Source: Thermodesulfovibrionales bacterium (GTDB lineage Bacteria > Nitrospirota > Thermodesulfovibrionia > Thermodesulfovibrionales > Dissulfurispiraceae). From it: 48,787 nucleotides of DNA. Positions within the stretch are counted from its first letter, which is position 1. Every line of letters starts with the position of its first letter. The stretch is taken from assembly GCA_026416735.1 (NCBI GenBank), contig JAOAEO010000001.1, forward strand, positions 7,254 to 56,040, read 5' to 3'. A program made the translations under genes and the position numbers. Below are positions 47,525 through 48,787 of the stretch, piece by piece. The notes under the pieces were generated by a model. That model searched no databases. It saw only the letters and a program-made list of their open reading frames with translations, and was not told where the DNA came from.

Positions 47525-48722
47525 GAGATCCTTTTTATCTATTAGTATATTTTCAGTTCTGTCTATTTTTATTACCTATAGCTTTGCCTATTCAACAGTT
47601 TTATTTGAAGTAAAAAGCGATAACATCCCCTTTTATAGAGAAGACAAGATTTTTACCGTATGGAATCCAAGAAACCATCCCGAGATAAGAACTCCTGGCT
47701 TAAAGATTTTCTTCTTTGGAAAGGCTGAAGAATGCGAGCCCGAAGCTAAAAATGGGAATGTAAAAGTTACAAATCCAAACGAAAAAATAAGCAAACTTGT
47801 AGGATTACCCTTAAATGAAAGAGGGAAAGTTTTTGTACCCCTCCAAGATAAAAATTTATGTACTTTTAAAGAAACACCCCGTGAGGGCGGATCCTATGTC
47901 TATATCTATGAACACCCAAAGGAGGGGGGTATAGGTCTTTTTACAGCCTCTAAATTTGACGAAAAGGGAGTATCCTATTTTTTCCAGACCAGAGATGAAA
48001 GGGGAATCGGAGGCGGAGTTAATAAGTTTGAAAAGGTTACTGCAGTAACATGGCGGTTAGAAAAGGAGAACCTATTTCCCTTTTTGAACAAGGGTAATTT
48101 AAAATTATCTATTACAAACTCAGTAATAGGTTTACCCTCAGATATCCCCAATAGAGATCAGCCCGTTCAAGTTAGACAACAAATGGAGATAGGTTTTGCC
48201 AATAGAGCTTGTTTAAATGAGGCAAAGGAAGATAAAATTTTATGTTTAAATAAATTTGTATTCGATTTTTTAGTCCTAAGATGGGGCAAAAGGCCTGTTG
48301 ATTTGAAAAGAGATGCCGTAATTTTTATAGATAAAGGGCAAAGTGGTCTACCCCATGTGGCTATTTATTCTAAATCTAATGGTGAAATAATAAGAGAGAA
48401 AAATTCCAAATTAGATGTTGCAATGTCTTGTGGTGAAGGCCTTCAGCAAAATATTTATAAAGAAAAAAATTTCTGTAATACAATAAGCTGGAATCAGTTT
48501 CAAAATGCTTTGAGAGCTATTGCTTCGAGGCATTTAAATAAGCATCCTTCTAAAATTACAAAGGAGGAATTGAAATCTTTGTTTGGTGCCAAGTTTGATG
48601 ATCCAAAAGAGTGGTACATTACAGTCGTCAGCCTTCAACAGGAACTACATGATCCCTATAATGATAGAAATGTTTTTATAGGTGGAAATTTGAAGGAAAT
48701 AAAAATTGAAAGCAAGCAATGA
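47511..48722 (+). CDS. hypothetical exported protein (no family recognised)
   Basis: 403 aa. N-terminal signal/anchor SFLSISIFSVLSIFITYSFA|YS. Overlaps the upstream GT by 14 nt and the downstream gene by ATGA. Confidence 0.6.
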   Translation: MKPIKRSFLSISIFSVLSIFITYSFAYSTVLFEVKSDNIPFYREDKIFTVWNPRNHPEIRTPGLKIFFFGKAEECEPEAKNGNVKVTNPNEKISKLVGLPLNERGKVFVPLQDKNLCTFKETPREGGSYVYIYEHPKEGGIGLFTASKFDEKGVSYFFQTRDERGIGGGVNKFEKVTAVTWRLEKENLFPFLNKGNLKLSITNSVIGLPSDIPNRDQPVQVRQQMEIGFANRACLNEAKEDKILCLNKFVFDFLVLRWGKRPVDLKRDAVIFIDKGQSGLPHVAIYSKSNGEIIREKNSKLDVAMSCGEGLQQNIYKEKNFCNTISWNQFQNALRAIASRHLNKHPSKITKEELKSLFGAKFDDPKEWYITVVSLQQELHDPYNDRNVFIGGNLKEIKIESKQ

Positions 48723-48787
48723 GATTATTTCTCCACATAGGAATTACTAAAACTGGAACGAGTGCAATTCAGATGTTTCTTTATAAA
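48719..48787 (+). CDS. sulfotransferase-like protein, N-terminal fragment (runs off window)
   Basis: MRLFLHIGITKTGTSAIQMFLYK. The H-I-G-x-x-K-T-G-T-S loop resembles the PAPS 5'-phosphosulfate-binding loop (PKxGTT/S) at the extreme N-terminus of bacterial sulfotransferases. Only 23 codons are visible. Confidence 0.4.
   Translation, partial: MRLFLHIGITKTGTSAIQMFLYK

Overview
This is a 48.8-kb, gene-dense, AT-rich chromosomal segment from a diderm (LPS-containing) bacterium, with about 50 CDS. The gene content includes the futalosine menaquinone route, a ferredoxin-fused EtfA, class II FBPase and an LDH-like MDH. That fits an anaerobic or thermophilic deep-branching lineage such as Nitrospirota/Thermodesulfovibrio-like organisms, but the taxon cannot be fixed from sequence alone.

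Left third (minus strand): the distal part of a type II secretion / type IV pilus-like operon (gspF, three pseudopilins, gspK, a PilM-PilN fusion, a PilO/GspM-like gene). Upstream of it lie alpha-glucan phosphorylase, mqnD, a PF04008-type protein, xseB, truB, lptD, folC, trpA and trpB. A HEPN / minimal nucleotidyltransferase toxin-antitoxin pair sits between trpB and trpA.

Middle: a translationally coupled etfB-etfA-fabD unit, mdh, ndk, polA, mnmA, yacG, glpX, a deoxyhypusine-synthase-like gene plus ferredoxin, and a metallophosphoesterase. A small accessory islet follows (transposase remnant, wHTH-nucleotidyltransferase-like gene with a consensus promoter, 25-aa Lys-rich peptide). Then come lpxC, tldD, an IS5-type transposase remnant, and CIRCE-groES-groEL with a strong terminator.

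Right 11 kb: an ABC-transporter-dependent polysaccharide locus (kpsM-T-E-D-like). It also contains two very large multidomain glycosyltransferases that share an unassigned repeated N-terminal module, an orphan secreted 403-aa protein, and the start of a sulfotransferase-like gene. This locus is the best candidate for something undescribed.

I recognised no rRNA, tRNA or CRISPR array. All family assignments come from motif reading of the translated ORFs, not from database searches.
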